Source of the DNA: a virus
Strand: one strand, 5' to 3'
IMG/VR virus record: IMGVR_UViG_3300008113_000084
Span: 25,382-89,381 of that record
DNA: 64,000 bases
The translations under genes and the position numbers were made by a program. How positions within the stretch are numbered: position 1 is the stretch's first letter; every line of letters begins with the position of its first letter. This document shows, piece by piece, positions 48,192 to 57,509 of the stretch. The notes under the pieces are model-generated. The model was given only the letters and a program-made list of their open reading frames with translations, was not told the origin of the DNA and did no database searches.

Positions 48192-50042
48192 TTGGCTGTT
48201 CTTCATATGGACTCCCCCGAAAACGACATCGTCAAAGGCCTAGTTCAGAAAGAAATGAGCAGGCTATCCGACAGCGAAAGAATGAACGTCTTTCTGGACA
48301 TCATCAAGCAGGGACGCATACCCAACTTCTCTCCACTTCTGCCTCTCGTCCTTACTCTGGACGGGAAGCCATATTCACTTGACAACCACTTCCAGTTCGA
48401 GACTTTGTTCTACGTCAGAATGCCGAAGAACACAGTGCTCAAAACTGGTAGACAGGTGGGCAAGTCTACAGTCGGCTCTGCTCACGGTGTCATAACTTGC
48501 ACCTCCATTCCGTACTTCCGCACTTTGTACATTACCCCGTTGTTCGAGCAGGTGCGGCGTCTGTCGAACAACTATGTGCGACCGTTCGTTGAACAGTCGC
48601 CTATACGTTCCCTGTGGTTGGGGAACAATACGGAAAACTCCGTTCTCCAGAGGTCTTTCCGTAACCATTCAATGATGCAGTTCAGTTTCGCATCACTGGA
48701 TGCAGACCGCGTTCGCGGTATCCGAGCAGACAGAATCGTTATCGACGAGGTTCAGGACATGAACCGCGACCTGTTGCCCGTCATCAAAGAGACCATGTCC
48801 GCTAGCAAATGGGCGCTGAGTTCGTTCTCTGGCACGCCAAAGACGCCCGAGAACACCATAGAAGGTTTGTGGCTGATGAGCTCGCAAGCCGAATGGTGCA
48901 TTCCGTGCCGGTCGTGCAAGAAGTTGAATGTCTCATCGATAAGACACGACTTGGAAAAGATGATCGGTCCATATAGCGACGACATCTGCGACACGAGACC
49001 AGGCACCGTCTGCGCCAAGTGCTCCAGGGTTATCTATCCTGGCGACGGTCGCTGGATTCACAGGTACCCCGAGCGTCGCTTCCAGTTTGCCGGTTACCAC
49101 GTTCCTCAGCCCATCATGCATATCCACTACGCCGACAGGGCGAAGTGGGGCGAGCTGCTGGCCAAGCGCGAGGGCTATGGCAACTACACGCCTGAGAAGT
49201 ACATGAATGAAGTCCTCGGCGAAAGTTGCGGCACGGGCGTTCAGCTGGTGTCGATGTACGAGTTGCAGGACGCCTGCACGCTCCAGCACGATAACGACTC
49301 GCGCAACCCGCGCAAGTGTCCCGTGGACTTCAAGAAGTACCGGCACACTATGCTCGCGGTTGACTGGGGTGGCGGCGGAGAAGAAGGCATCAGCCTGACC
49401 GTCGCCGTCGTTCTGGGAATCACCAACAACGGCACCATTGATGTGCTGTGGGGCAAACGCCTCATGACGCCGCACGACCATATCGAAGAAGCTAAACAGT
49501 GCCTGGAGTTTTACAACATATTCAAGTGCTCGTTCCTGGCGCACGATTACACGGGAGCGGGCGCTCTGCGTGAGACTTTTCTGTGCCAGGCTGGAGTGCC
49601 GTACAACCGGCTGATTCCCATCCAGTACGTGCGGGCTGCGACGGCCAAGATCATGTCGGTTGTCAAGCCTACGGCCAACAACCCACGTACCTACTACCGA
49701 GTGGACAAGACTCGCTCGCTGCTGACGGTCTGCGCGGCCATCAAGCTCAAGAAGATTCGGTTCTTCAAGTACGATTATCGCTCGACCGATGACCCAGGTC
49801 TGATTCACGACTTCCTGGCGTTAGTCGAGCAGAAGACCGAGACGCGCATCGGGTCGGACATCTACACCATCACGCGCAATCCGCAGCTGAGCGATGACTT
49901 CGCTCAAGCCGTTAACATCGGGGCGTGCGGCCTGTGGTACACGACTAACTCGTGGCCCAGCCTAAACACGCCCAACAAGTTCATTATTTCAGATGAGATG
50001 GAACGCCATCTTAACCCATCTACGACTTGGGAGGCTGAGTAG
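48192..50042 (+). CDS. terminase large subunit (GpA-like)
   Basis: KTGRQVGKST, IVIDEVQD, SGTPKT, CxxC..CxxC zinc region, NEVLGE, AVDWGG nuclease and DDFAQA. Confidence 0.88.
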   Translation: MAVLHMDSPENDIVKGLVQKEMSRLSDSERMNVFLDIIKQGRIPNFSPLLPLVLTLDGKPYSLDNHFQFETLFYVRMPKNTVLKTGRQVGKSTVGSAHGVITCTSIPYFRTLYITPLFEQVRRLSNNYVRPFVEQSPIRSLWLGNNTENSVLQRSFRNHSMMQFSFASLDADRVRGIRADRIVIDEVQDMNRDLLPVIKETMSASKWALSSFSGTPKTPENTIEGLWLMSSQAEWCIPCRSCKKLNVSSIRHDLEKMIGPYSDDICDTRPGTVCAKCSRVIYPGDGRWIHRYPERRFQFAGYHVPQPIMHIHYADRAKWGELLAKREGYGNYTPEKYMNEVLGESCGTGVQLVSMYELQDACTLQHDNDSRNPRKCPVDFKKYRHTMLAVDWGGGGEEGISLTVAVVLGITNNGTIDVLWGKRLMTPHDHIEEAKQCLEFYNIFKCSFLAHDYTGAGALRETFLCQAGVPYNRLIPIQYVRAATAKIMSVVKPTANNPRTYYRVDKTRSLLTVCAAIKLKKIRFFKYDYRSTDDPGLIHDFLALVEQKTETRIGSDIYTITRNPQLSDDFAQAVNIGACGLWYTTNSWPSLNTPNKFIISDEMERHLNPSTTWEAE

Positions 50043-50265
50043 CTTCCTTCTCGTCCTCAAGCTCAATCAGCCTGTCTATCAGCCACCTGGCTTTCTTCAG
50101 GTCGATCTTGCCGTTCTTCTTGGGCCAACGCCACATATATTTAAGAACGTTGCCCCACAGGAAACCCCTGAACTCATCCTCTGTCAAGGCATTGCGAATA
50201 GCCTCTATGCAGGTGACTCCCCTGTAGCCGTCGTAGTGGTCTGGATTCTCTGGGGGCTTAGGCAC
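50020..50265 (-). CDS. DUF3310 (SaV-like) protein
   Basis: PDHY..CIEAI..GFLWGNVLKYMWRW..KNG..DLKKARWLI. Confidence 0.85.
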   Translation of the reverse strand: MPKPPENPDHYDGYRGVTCIEAIRNALTEDEFRGFLWGNVLKYMWRWPKKNGKIDLKKARWLIDRLIELEDEKEATQPPKS

Positions 50266-52945
50266 GCTTGGGTCTCCTTCTCTTGATGGGTCTGTTGGCT
50301 TCGATGTTCTGCACATACTCTACCACTTGCTCGTCCCACCATTCTCTGGAGACAATCCACCTGTCCGCTGGGCAGTGCTCAGGCAGAAACATGTCACGCA
50401 GGCGATCTCCGATTTCCAGGTGGTCTATGAACTTGAAGCCTATCTCCTGGTAGGTTTTGAGAATCTTAGCTTTGTCGATCAATACGTGTTTATCCTTGAG
50501 CCACACGTTGTTGACAAAGCTCAGGCCGCTACGCAACTCCTTGGCCTGCACCAGCTGTCGGCAAATGCCAGCCAGGCACTCCAGCATCGTCTCGGTCGAG
50601 TTATTGTCGTCGATGCTGATTCGCTCTTCGGCGGCATCGAGCGCAGTTGTGTTCTCGCAGCCGTTGACGCGCAGCCACTCCTTCATGCGTTCCAGCACGC
50701 TTAGTAACGTGTTCTCCCTGGGCGGCAGCTTCAGGCCGTGCGTCTGCAAAGCCCACAGAAGGAAGTGAGGTAGCATCTTGGGATAAGACGCTATGTTGTT
50801 CAGGCCGCGTAGTGAGGCGTCCAGATTCATGACCGTGTAGTTCTTCAGTAGACGCACCATGGCGACTTCCTGAGGTTTCAGCTCGATGAGGCAGTTTGGC
50901 TTGGCGTCTGCAACGAGCCAGACCTCGAACGAGTTTTTCAGCCTGCGCCTATGGTTCGAGGGCAGCAGCATAGGCCAGCGCCTGCTGGAGTCGCTAAACT
51001 TCTCGCCGTCCTCCTCGACTATGCCGAGCCAGCTGCATATCTTGTGGATTAGCTCCTCTGACTGCTTAGCTGTGGAGAAGAAACACGGCATCGGATTGAG
51101 GCCTATGGCAGGACCAAGCACGGCCCTGGCTGTGTAAGCTGCCAGCAGCCAGAACGTTGAGTTCATCGGCGCATCGTCGGTCACCGCCAGGAAGTCTGAC
51201 AGCGTCGGCTTGCTTAGATCGTCTGGAGGCAGGATATTCGATCCTGGCGCTACGGTCTTTTGCAGCACCGCCATCTCGTCAAGCACCAGCTCTCCGTCGA
51301 TGCTGATAGAAAAGCCTTTGAATCGGAACACCTGCTCAGAGCTGCTCCAGCCGAAGTTGTCTGACACATGCACAACCCTGGGCGTGTGAAAAGCCACAGC
51401 GATGTCGTACAGGAACCGGCTGAACCGCCTGTCAGTGTCCACGCCTGTGATGTTGTGCTCGACCAAAACGCCTTGAATGAAATCTATGCCTGAGTCCTTT
51501 AGCTCTTGGGCAAACTTGAAGAAGGAATAGCGCTTATCCTTGTATTGAACATATCCTGCTATTTTTTCTTTGCCTTCTCTATCGTTAAATATAGCCTGGA
51601 TTACCACTATCGCCGCAGAAACAATCGAGTGCTCCTGCATCAGCAACCAGCCTTCGCTGGTCTGGTAGAACTTCTCACCCATGACAGTGACGACACGCCT
51701 GTTGTGTTTGTCCAGGCTTTCCAGCGTCGAGTAAATCCTGGGGTAAACCCCAGACTGTATGTCCTGTAGGTCGCCGCTGGTGAACTCGATGTTGCCAACC
51801 GTGGCCTGCTGCTCAGGCAGGCGCACTGTGCCGAGCCAGTCCTCCAACACCTGCTTCCAGTCCTTAGAGCCAGACCGCACCGCGTCGAGCCAGACGCTGC
51901 TAGAGGTTCTAGCTAAAACAGTGTCGCTGCCGCCATCCACGTAAACACGCGACTTGGACGCCTTGATTGCTGGAAATGTCTCGATGCCCAGCTTGGGATT
52001 GCAAAGCGTGAACTTAAAGGGGAACAGCGCCTTGAGAAAGTCCAGCTGGCTCAGGTCAGCTATCGACACGACAGGAAGCAGGGGTTTACCCTCGCGCAGC
52101 TGCTTGGCGTGTAGCCGTATGGCAGCTTCCAGCGTGTCCAGCACCACCAGGTCCTCGTGGGCCGTGTGCTTGACAATCTGGTCGAAGAACGACAGGGATG
52201 CCGACTTCTGGTGTATCTTTCGGTGGTGCAGAACCTTGTTGGCGTAAACCAGCTTGCCTTCGTGCAGGCTGATAAACTTGAACTCCCTAATGCGTCCAGG
52301 CAGGTCGAAGAACGGCACTACCACAACCTTTTGCCAATGCTTTCCGACAAACGTTCGGTATTCGCCCGAGTGTCGCTTGTACTCGGTCGGGTCTTCCTCT
52401 TCGTGCATCTTGGGAGGAGCCGTGGCAGCTTCCGCGTCCTCTTTGGTTGCGAAGCCGATGAGCCTGCCCATGCCTCGCTGCCAGGAGGCTGCGTCTTTGG
52501 GAGTGGCGATACCCAGCTTTTCGCAGATGGCCCGTATATCTGCTGATGTGAATATCAGATCGCTGGTTCTGCACTTTTCCCAGAACGCATTGTGCTTGAG
52601 CTGCGCTTTGTAGCACTTATATTGATATATGTCTAAAGCAGCTGTAAAGTAAAAGTACGGCTCAATCAGATCGACAGCCTTCAGATTGAAGGCAGTCTTT
52701 CTTATATCCTCGTTCATTTTTTTAGCGACCAGCATGATAGGATCGCCAGCTGCTTTACAATTATTGCAGTGGAACCACACGCTGCTGTAGAATGGATCAG
52801 GGTAAAGGGTGTTTGTTTTAACACCCCCACAGAATGGGCAGTCGATCAACGCTGGTAAGGCATTAACGTTTTCGGCAAAACCGAAACGTCTAATAAGCGG
52901 TTCCCACTTGACCAGTTCAAGCAAAGGCGAGGTGGCTCTAATCAT
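50258..52945 (-). CDS. large protein with N-terminal primase-type (CHC2-like) zinc finger
   Basis: CPFC...WFHCNNCKAAGD; VVVPFFDLPGRI; degenerate TOPRIM-like and DUF927-like regions. Confidence 0.6.
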   Translation of the reverse strand: MIRATSPLLELVKWEPLIRRFGFAENVNALPALIDCPFCGGVKTNTLYPDPFYSSVWFHCNNCKAAGDPIMLVAKKMNEDIRKTAFNLKAVDLIEPYFYFTAALDIYQYKCYKAQLKHNAFWEKCRTSDLIFTSADIRAICEKLGIATPKDAASWQRGMGRLIGFATKEDAEAATAPPKMHEEEDPTEYKRHSGEYRTFVGKHWQKVVVVPFFDLPGRIREFKFISLHEGKLVYANKVLHHRKIHQKSASLSFFDQIVKHTAHEDLVVLDTLEAAIRLHAKQLREGKPLLPVVSIADLSQLDFLKALFPFKFTLCNPKLGIETFPAIKASKSRVYVDGGSDTVLARTSSSVWLDAVRSGSKDWKQVLEDWLGTVRLPEQQATVGNIEFTSGDLQDIQSGVYPRIYSTLESLDKHNRRVVTVMGEKFYQTSEGWLLMQEHSIVSAAIVVIQAIFNDREGKEKIAGYVQYKDKRYSFFKFAQELKDSGIDFIQGVLVEHNITGVDTDRRFSRFLYDIAVAFHTPRVVHVSDNFGWSSSEQVFRFKGFSISIDGELVLDEMAVLQKTVAPGSNILPPDDLSKPTLSDFLAVTDDAPMNSTFWLLAAYTARAVLGPAIGLNPMPCFFSTAKQSEELIHKICSWLGIVEEDGEKFSDSSRRWPMLLPSNHRRRLKNSFEVWLVADAKPNCLIELKPQEVAMVRLLKNYTVMNLDASLRGLNNIASYPKMLPHFLLWALQTHGLKLPPRENTLLSVLERMKEWLRVNGCENTTALDAAEERISIDDNNSTETMLECLAGICRQLVQAKELRSGLSFVNNVWLKDKHVLIDKAKILKTYQEIGFKFIDHLEIGDRLRDMFLPEHCPADRWIVSREWWDEQVVEYVQNIEANRPIKRRRPKRA

Positions 52946-54113
52946 GAGTAATATCCGTTTCGACCAGCAGGGTGATGCTAACGGCCAAACCCTACACAGG
53001 CTGGTTAAGCTTTACGGAGCGCCTGAGTTTGTTAAGGCTGCTTCTTCGACTGCCATCAATTACGTGGCGGAAGAAAGAAATCCGACAGCTTTCGCCGACC
53101 CCACCACCCTTTCGTTTCCGTGTCACACGGCTCCAGCCACCTACGTCTCCATGATGTACTTGCTGGATAACGAAGGAAGCCTCGGTAAAAAAGCTTCCCA
53201 CATTCGTGAGCGTATTGTCAAGGCAGCTAGCTTTTTCGGTATCAAGAAGCATGTTGATAACCTGCTTGAAAAACACGCTGCCATGAACTCCGATAACCTC
53301 GATACCCTTCCAGACGAGAAGTTCGCTTTTGTTGTCGCATACGACAATGGCACCAAAGAGCGCCATATGCCTCTGCGCAACTCTGGCGAAGTCAAAGCTG
53401 CCAGCGAGTATCTGCAAAAATACCGCGACGACTTTGTTTACTCGGATCGCGTCAAGATTGCCCAGAAAATTCTGAAGGTTGGCATGTCAGAAAGCCTGTC
53501 CGAGTCTGACAAGACCTACCTGTACAAGCAGGCTGGGGCTGCGCTGGGTAGCGCCAAGAACGCCGCCGAGCTGCTGTACAAGCGGGCTGTTGTGCTGCGC
53601 CGACTGGGTCGCGACCTGGATGTCCAGAAGACTTTGGCCAAGACAGCCGAAGCTTTGCTGGTCAACAAAGAGTACGCCCACGACATGGGCAGCATGACCA
53701 AGATCGCCAGTCTTATCGATAAGATTGACCGCGAGTACAGGCTTCAGCGCATTACCTCCATCGGCAAGCCTGAAGACCTGTTCCAGTTCACGGTCAAGCA
53801 AGCTAGCGACTTTGATAGCGACAGCGTCCAGCTGACCACAGGCAGCTTCTACAAGAAGTCCGACCTGGAAGCCCTGCCCGTGGACGGGCTCAGGGACATC
53901 CTTGGGTCGGAGTTTGTGGACAGGGTTTCTGCTGGCGGTCTGATGCTGGACACCGAGAAGCTTGCCGAAGAGCTGCGCACGCTGCCTCGCGGAGACGCCC
54001 GTATGTTTGAGCGTCTGGCTGAAGCCGCCAACGTCAAGCCCTTCGGAAAGGAAGCGTCTGTCAAGAAGGACGTGCTGCTGAAAATGGCCGAGGCTTACAG
54101 GGCTGCGAAGTAA
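52944..54113 (+). CDS. probable virion/head-associated protein
   Basis: Start MSNIRF with GAGG SD; LPDEKFAF..RHMPL motif; 16 K-x-A motifs. Confidence 0.55.
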   Translation: MSNIRFDQQGDANGQTLHRLVKLYGAPEFVKAASSTAINYVAEERNPTAFADPTTLSFPCHTAPATYVSMMYLLDNEGSLGKKASHIRERIVKAASFFGIKKHVDNLLEKHAAMNSDNLDTLPDEKFAFVVAYDNGTKERHMPLRNSGEVKAASEYLQKYRDDFVYSDRVKIAQKILKVGMSESLSESDKTYLYKQAGAALGSAKNAAELLYKRAVVLRRLGRDLDVQKTLAKTAEALLVNKEYAHDMGSMTKIASLIDKIDREYRLQRITSIGKPEDLFQFTVKQASDFDSDSVQLTTGSFYKKSDLEALPVDGLRDILGSEFVDRVSAGGLMLDTEKLAEELRTLPRGDARMFERLAEAANVKPFGKEASVKKDVLLKMAEAYRAAK

Positions 54114-54274
54114 GCCTGTCTTCCTCGACCTGCTCCTGAATCTCGTCAATCATCTGAACCACGCCCTCCAAAAGATGGGCGTGGCTTCTTTTTAGAATCT
54201 CGGACAATGACAGCAGCAGCTTCTTCTGGTCGTGCAGCTTGTTCAAGTCGATATACAAGCTGACGAACACGTCA

Positions 54275-54745
54275 TCAGACTTTCTCTTTGACTCGTCCCT
54301 TACTGGGGTCGAAACTGAAACGATACTTGTCTCCGTCATCCTTATCGTTCCTCACTAGCTGTGCTTTGAAACCCATGGAAGCAAACAGCTTCTGTGCCGC
54401 TGTGTTGTTCTCAGACACGTCAGCCAGGATGAGTTTCTTAGTGTCTGGATAGCTTTCTATAATCCAGTTTAGCAAAGATTTAGCCGCACCCTGGCGGCGG
54501 TCATTTTCATGCACAGCGACGTGCTTAATCTTGATTTCCTTGTCGTTGTGCCGGTACAGTGTGTAGCCGATGATGCTGCCTTCGTCGTCCTCGACTACGA
54601 CAGCCGCATGGTCGCGTGGCCCGCCTGGAAGGCAACGCTTCAGCAAGCCTAGCGTTTTCATCGGGCTTCTTTTTAGCACTGTCACAGCCAGGCTTACCAC
54701 AGCCTCGAAATCCTGCGGGCTAATCTGCATCCACCTGGCTTTCAT
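54275..54745 (-). CDS. GNAT acetyltransferase (RimI-like)
   Basis: VAVHENDRRQGAA; VSENNTAAQKLFASMGF. Confidence 0.88.
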   Translation of the reverse strand: MKARWMQISPQDFEAVVSLAVTVLKRSPMKTLGLLKRCLPGGPRDHAAVVVEDDEGSIIGYTLYRHNDKEIKIKHVAVHENDRRQGAAKSLLNWIIESYPDTKKLILADVSENNTAAQKLFASMGFKAQLVRNDKDDGDKYRFSFDPSKGRVKEKV

Positions 54746-54746
54746 G

Positions 54747-55007
54747 TCAGTTGCTCCTGAAGTTAAAATAGAATCGCGGCGAATGGGTGAATTCAAGAAC
54801 TCCAACCACGCCATCTATTTTACGTTCTACCGTTACAGTAGGCGCGTGAAAAGCCTTGAAGTTGAACTTTTCAGTAGCCTCAGCCGTGGTAAACACGTTG
54901 TCTTTACCGTGCAGGTCTTCCAGTGTCTTTCGCAGCTCTTCAGCCGACTGCGCCTGGGACACAAGTAATCTGGAAGAAGCTGAGTCGTAGTTGCGGATCG
55001 ATACCAT
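54747..55007 (-). CDS. hypothetical protein
   Basis: VERKIDGVVGVLEFTHSPRFYFNF. Confidence 0.65.
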   Translation of the reverse strand: MVSIRNYDSASSRLLVSQAQSAEELRKTLEDLHGKDNVFTTAEATEKFNFKAFHAPTVTVERKIDGVVGVLEFTHSPRFYFNFRSN

Positions 55008-55252
55008 TACTTGTCTCCAAACTTGTTGTCCCACAACCAGTTCTTCTCTGCGTCGAGTGCCTCTTCGCGCAGGTTGAAAGGGCCAAGAATAGGACCGCCG
55101 ACCCGTGTTAGGTCGGCGGTCCATCCGCCCTTTCCGTCAGGTTCGACGTCAGATGCCCTTTTGACTTCTGTCTTTCCCTGCTCCATGAGGCTCTTCAGGG
55201 AATCGTCGTAGAGCATCTTCAGAGAACCGTCAGGTCGGACTTCAATAAGCAT
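55007..55252 (-). CDS. small conserved protein of the DUF1257/DUF2997 module
   Basis: RASDVEP..GWTADL..VGGP.LGPF..REEAL.AE. Confidence 0.7.
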   Translation of the reverse strand: MLIEVRPDGSLKMLYDDSLKSLMEQGKTEVKRASDVEPDGKGGWTADLTRVGGPILGPFNLREEALDAEKNWLWDNKFGDK

Positions 55253-55259
55253 CGCTACC

Positions 55260-55451
55260 TCACAGACGGGTTTGAATGCGCTGGTCCTGGGGCTTGTTGT
55301 AGAACTCTGGCTTGTAGGTTTGCTCGGTGGTCTTGCCGAGCGCCTCCTCCAAACCCTTGGTCAGATTGGTGCAACTGCCGCCAGAGCCGCCTTCCACCTC
55401 AACCTTGGTGTCGCCAGTCGGGCTGATCGTCACGATAATTTCTGCTGCCAT
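55260..55451 (-). CDS. DUF2997 family protein
   Basis: IIVTISPTG..KVEVEG..G.SC...TKGLEEALG....YKPEFY; AAGGA SD. Confidence 0.8.
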   Translation of the reverse strand: MAAEIIVTISPTGDTKVEVEGGSGGSCTNLTKGLEEALGKTTEQTYKPEFYNKPQDQRIQTRL

Positions 55452-55467
55452 TTTCTTTATCCTTATG

Positions 55468-55842
55468 CTGAGTCGCTCGTTGTTGACGTAAACACTGTAC
55501 GAGTAGTCCAAGTCACCGCTTAGATATTCTAGTGTTCGCAGGGCAATCGCTTGTCTAAGCGACGCCCCACACGGCCCTATAGCTGCGTACAGGGCCGTTC
55601 CGAAAGTCTCCTGCCATACAAGCTCAAGAGACTGATTGTTCTCGAATACGCCAATGGTGGGGGTCGAGGGGGCGTGGAAGCGTTCCACTCGCGGGACCAG
55701 AACGCCTCGACTACGCCCCCTCGGCTTGTAACCCGTCAACGGCCATGCCCTGACTTCCTTGTGGGTCAGGTAGCAGTCTGTGCAGACAGCTGACAAAACC
55801 CGCTCACTGGCTATGACCGTGACCAACACGTTAGCGGCCCAG
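55468..55842 (-). ncRNA. candidate large structured RNA inside the operon
   Basis: At least 7 hairpins, a terminal closing stem and a possible pseudoknot; G-U wobbles work only on the - strand. Confidence 0.6.
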
Positions 55843-56199
55843 ACGCATCTGGATAGTGCCGTCCGTGTTCAGGCTGCGATGCAGGACTCGGTAGCCCTGG
55901 CGCTGCGCGTGCTCCACGGCTACGTTCTCCGCATACTTTTGACGGAAAGCGTCAAAAGCTTTTTGCTCCCCCCACTGGCCGTTGTAGTTATCAAGCATCG
56001 CCGAGCCGTCTTTCATAACGGCCACGGGATACTGCCAGCCCTTAGGCCTGAAAGCGAACTCGCATTGCAGGTTCTTGTGCTCGCTCTGAAACAGGCTGAC
56101 CTTCTTGACATCCATGAACTCGTAGCCGAGTTCCTCGCAAGTCTTCTTGGCGATCTCGCGGTCGGAAATCTGGGTCTGGATTGTGGCGGTGTGAGACAT
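55831..56199 (-). CDS. DUF1257 family protein
   Basis: MSH..TIQTQI.D...GWQYPV...DNYNGQWG...QKYA...QGY. Confidence 0.8.
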   Translation of the reverse strand: MSHTATIQTQISDREIAKKTCEELGYEFMDVKKVSLFQSEHKNLQCEFAFRPKGWQYPVAVMKDGSAMLDNYNGQWGEQKAFDAFRQKYAENVAVEHAQRQGYRVLHRSLNTDGTIQMRLGR

Positions 56200-56253
56200 G
56201 GGAATCCTTCTTCCTTGTAAAGTGTTAACGCTAAGACAAAACAAAAACCAAAA

Positions 56254-57426
56254 TCACAGGTCCAACCCACGCATGAACTGACCGAAGACAGCACTGTGCG
56301 TCTCCTCTGAAGTCAGGTCCTCGCGGATGTTCTTGAAGTGACCTGCCAGCTCTCGGCTGGCAGTCTCGGAGCTGTTGATATCTTTCGTATCGACAGCTCC
56401 GATGATGGCAGCGGCATTGCGCAGGCGCTGCTTCAGGTCGTTAGGAGCCATGAACGAGAAACCTTGCAGCTTCTCGAACGAGGCGCGCAGGCTGTTGAGC
56501 GTGTTGCTCTTCAGCGAGGACCCACGAGCCAGTATACCTTCAATGTTCGCCAAAGACTCGGCGAACTCCTTCAGGGGTTCCTGGATCATGGTCTTGATGG
56601 CGTCGGCAACAGCCTGGCTGGTCTGCTGCTGCGCCTCGACAAGCCACGCCTCCGAGGCGCTCTCGCTCAGGGCCGTGCCTGGGTCGGAAGCGGCCTCGTT
56701 GACCACGCCAAGAATCTCGGACAGGTGAGCCCGAAGCGTCGCCTCATCGGCGCTGCCTCGGAAGGTCTTTACAAACCCCTCCTCCAGCCTTTCCTGAAAG
56801 TTGGCAGGTAGCCCAGCCCCCAGAGGAAAACGGATTGAGGATACAGTGTGAGCTGCAACGAAGCTCTCACCATTCGGAAGGTACTGGCGGAGCGCCTCGT
56901 ACTCGAAGGGGTACTCGGATTGGATTTTGGCGACGTGTGCCTCCCAGAGGGGACGCAGTTCAATAGCCTTATCTCGGTACTCACCTCGAATCTCTCCGAG
57001 TCGAGTAAATGCCTTCTGTGCTGGAGAACTTCCATGCCTGTCCCTCGCAATCGGAATTAGATAAGCCCCTCCGATAAAGGGCGTCCCGTAGGAGTACGGT
57101 ACTTGTCGGGCATGACCAGCAATGCGGCCAAGAGGATTCTTGATGTTGTTTGGAACAACCTTGAAGCGAGCGCCAGCCAGGAACTCTGGGGCGATCTCGT
57201 GCTCGCCCACGGCAACCGTGGCGTTCTTCACCAATCGCTCGTAGCCGACGGCGCTGACACTGACCTTCAGGGCCAGGCAGTTCTTGGCCAGAGTGCGCAG
57301 CATAACGTCGCTGCGTGCGCTGCTGAGCTGGGAGATGTCCAGCTCGGGCACGTTGACCGGAGGTGCCTCAGCGACAGGCTCGGTCTGGGAAATGATGGCA
57401 ATATCAGTCGTTGTCTCTGTGCTCAT
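56254..57426 (-). CDS. DUF3150-like protein of the AAA module
   Basis: YGTPFIGGAYLIP motif; position in the module. Confidence 0.5.
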   Translation of the reverse strand: MSTETTTDIAIISQTEPVAEAPPVNVPELDISQLSSARSDVMLRTLAKNCLALKVSVSAVGYERLVKNATVAVGEHEIAPEFLAGARFKVVPNNIKNPLGRIAGHARQVPYSYGTPFIGGAYLIPIARDRHGSSPAQKAFTRLGEIRGEYRDKAIELRPLWEAHVAKIQSEYPFEYEALRQYLPNGESFVAAHTVSSIRFPLGAGLPANFQERLEEGFVKTFRGSADEATLRAHLSEILGVVNEAASDPGTALSESASEAWLVEAQQQTSQAVADAIKTMIQEPLKEFAESLANIEGILARGSSLKSNTLNSLRASFEKLQGFSFMAPNDLKQRLRNAAAIIGAVDTKDINSSETASRELAGHFKNIREDLTSEETHSAVFGQFMRGLDL

Positions 57427-57509
57427 GTCTACCCCTAAATATCCCCTTCCAAAAGGGGGCGCACTCGAAGTGAGTGCTCCCCCTGTTCAAACTGTGTAAA
57501 CAGCGCTGT

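Noticed and set aside
55452-55829. 126-codon N-terminal extension of DUF2997
   Set aside because: DUF2997 is complete from MAAEII with its own SD; the extension has no protein-like features and coincides with dense RNA structure, although the open frame cannot be fully dismissed
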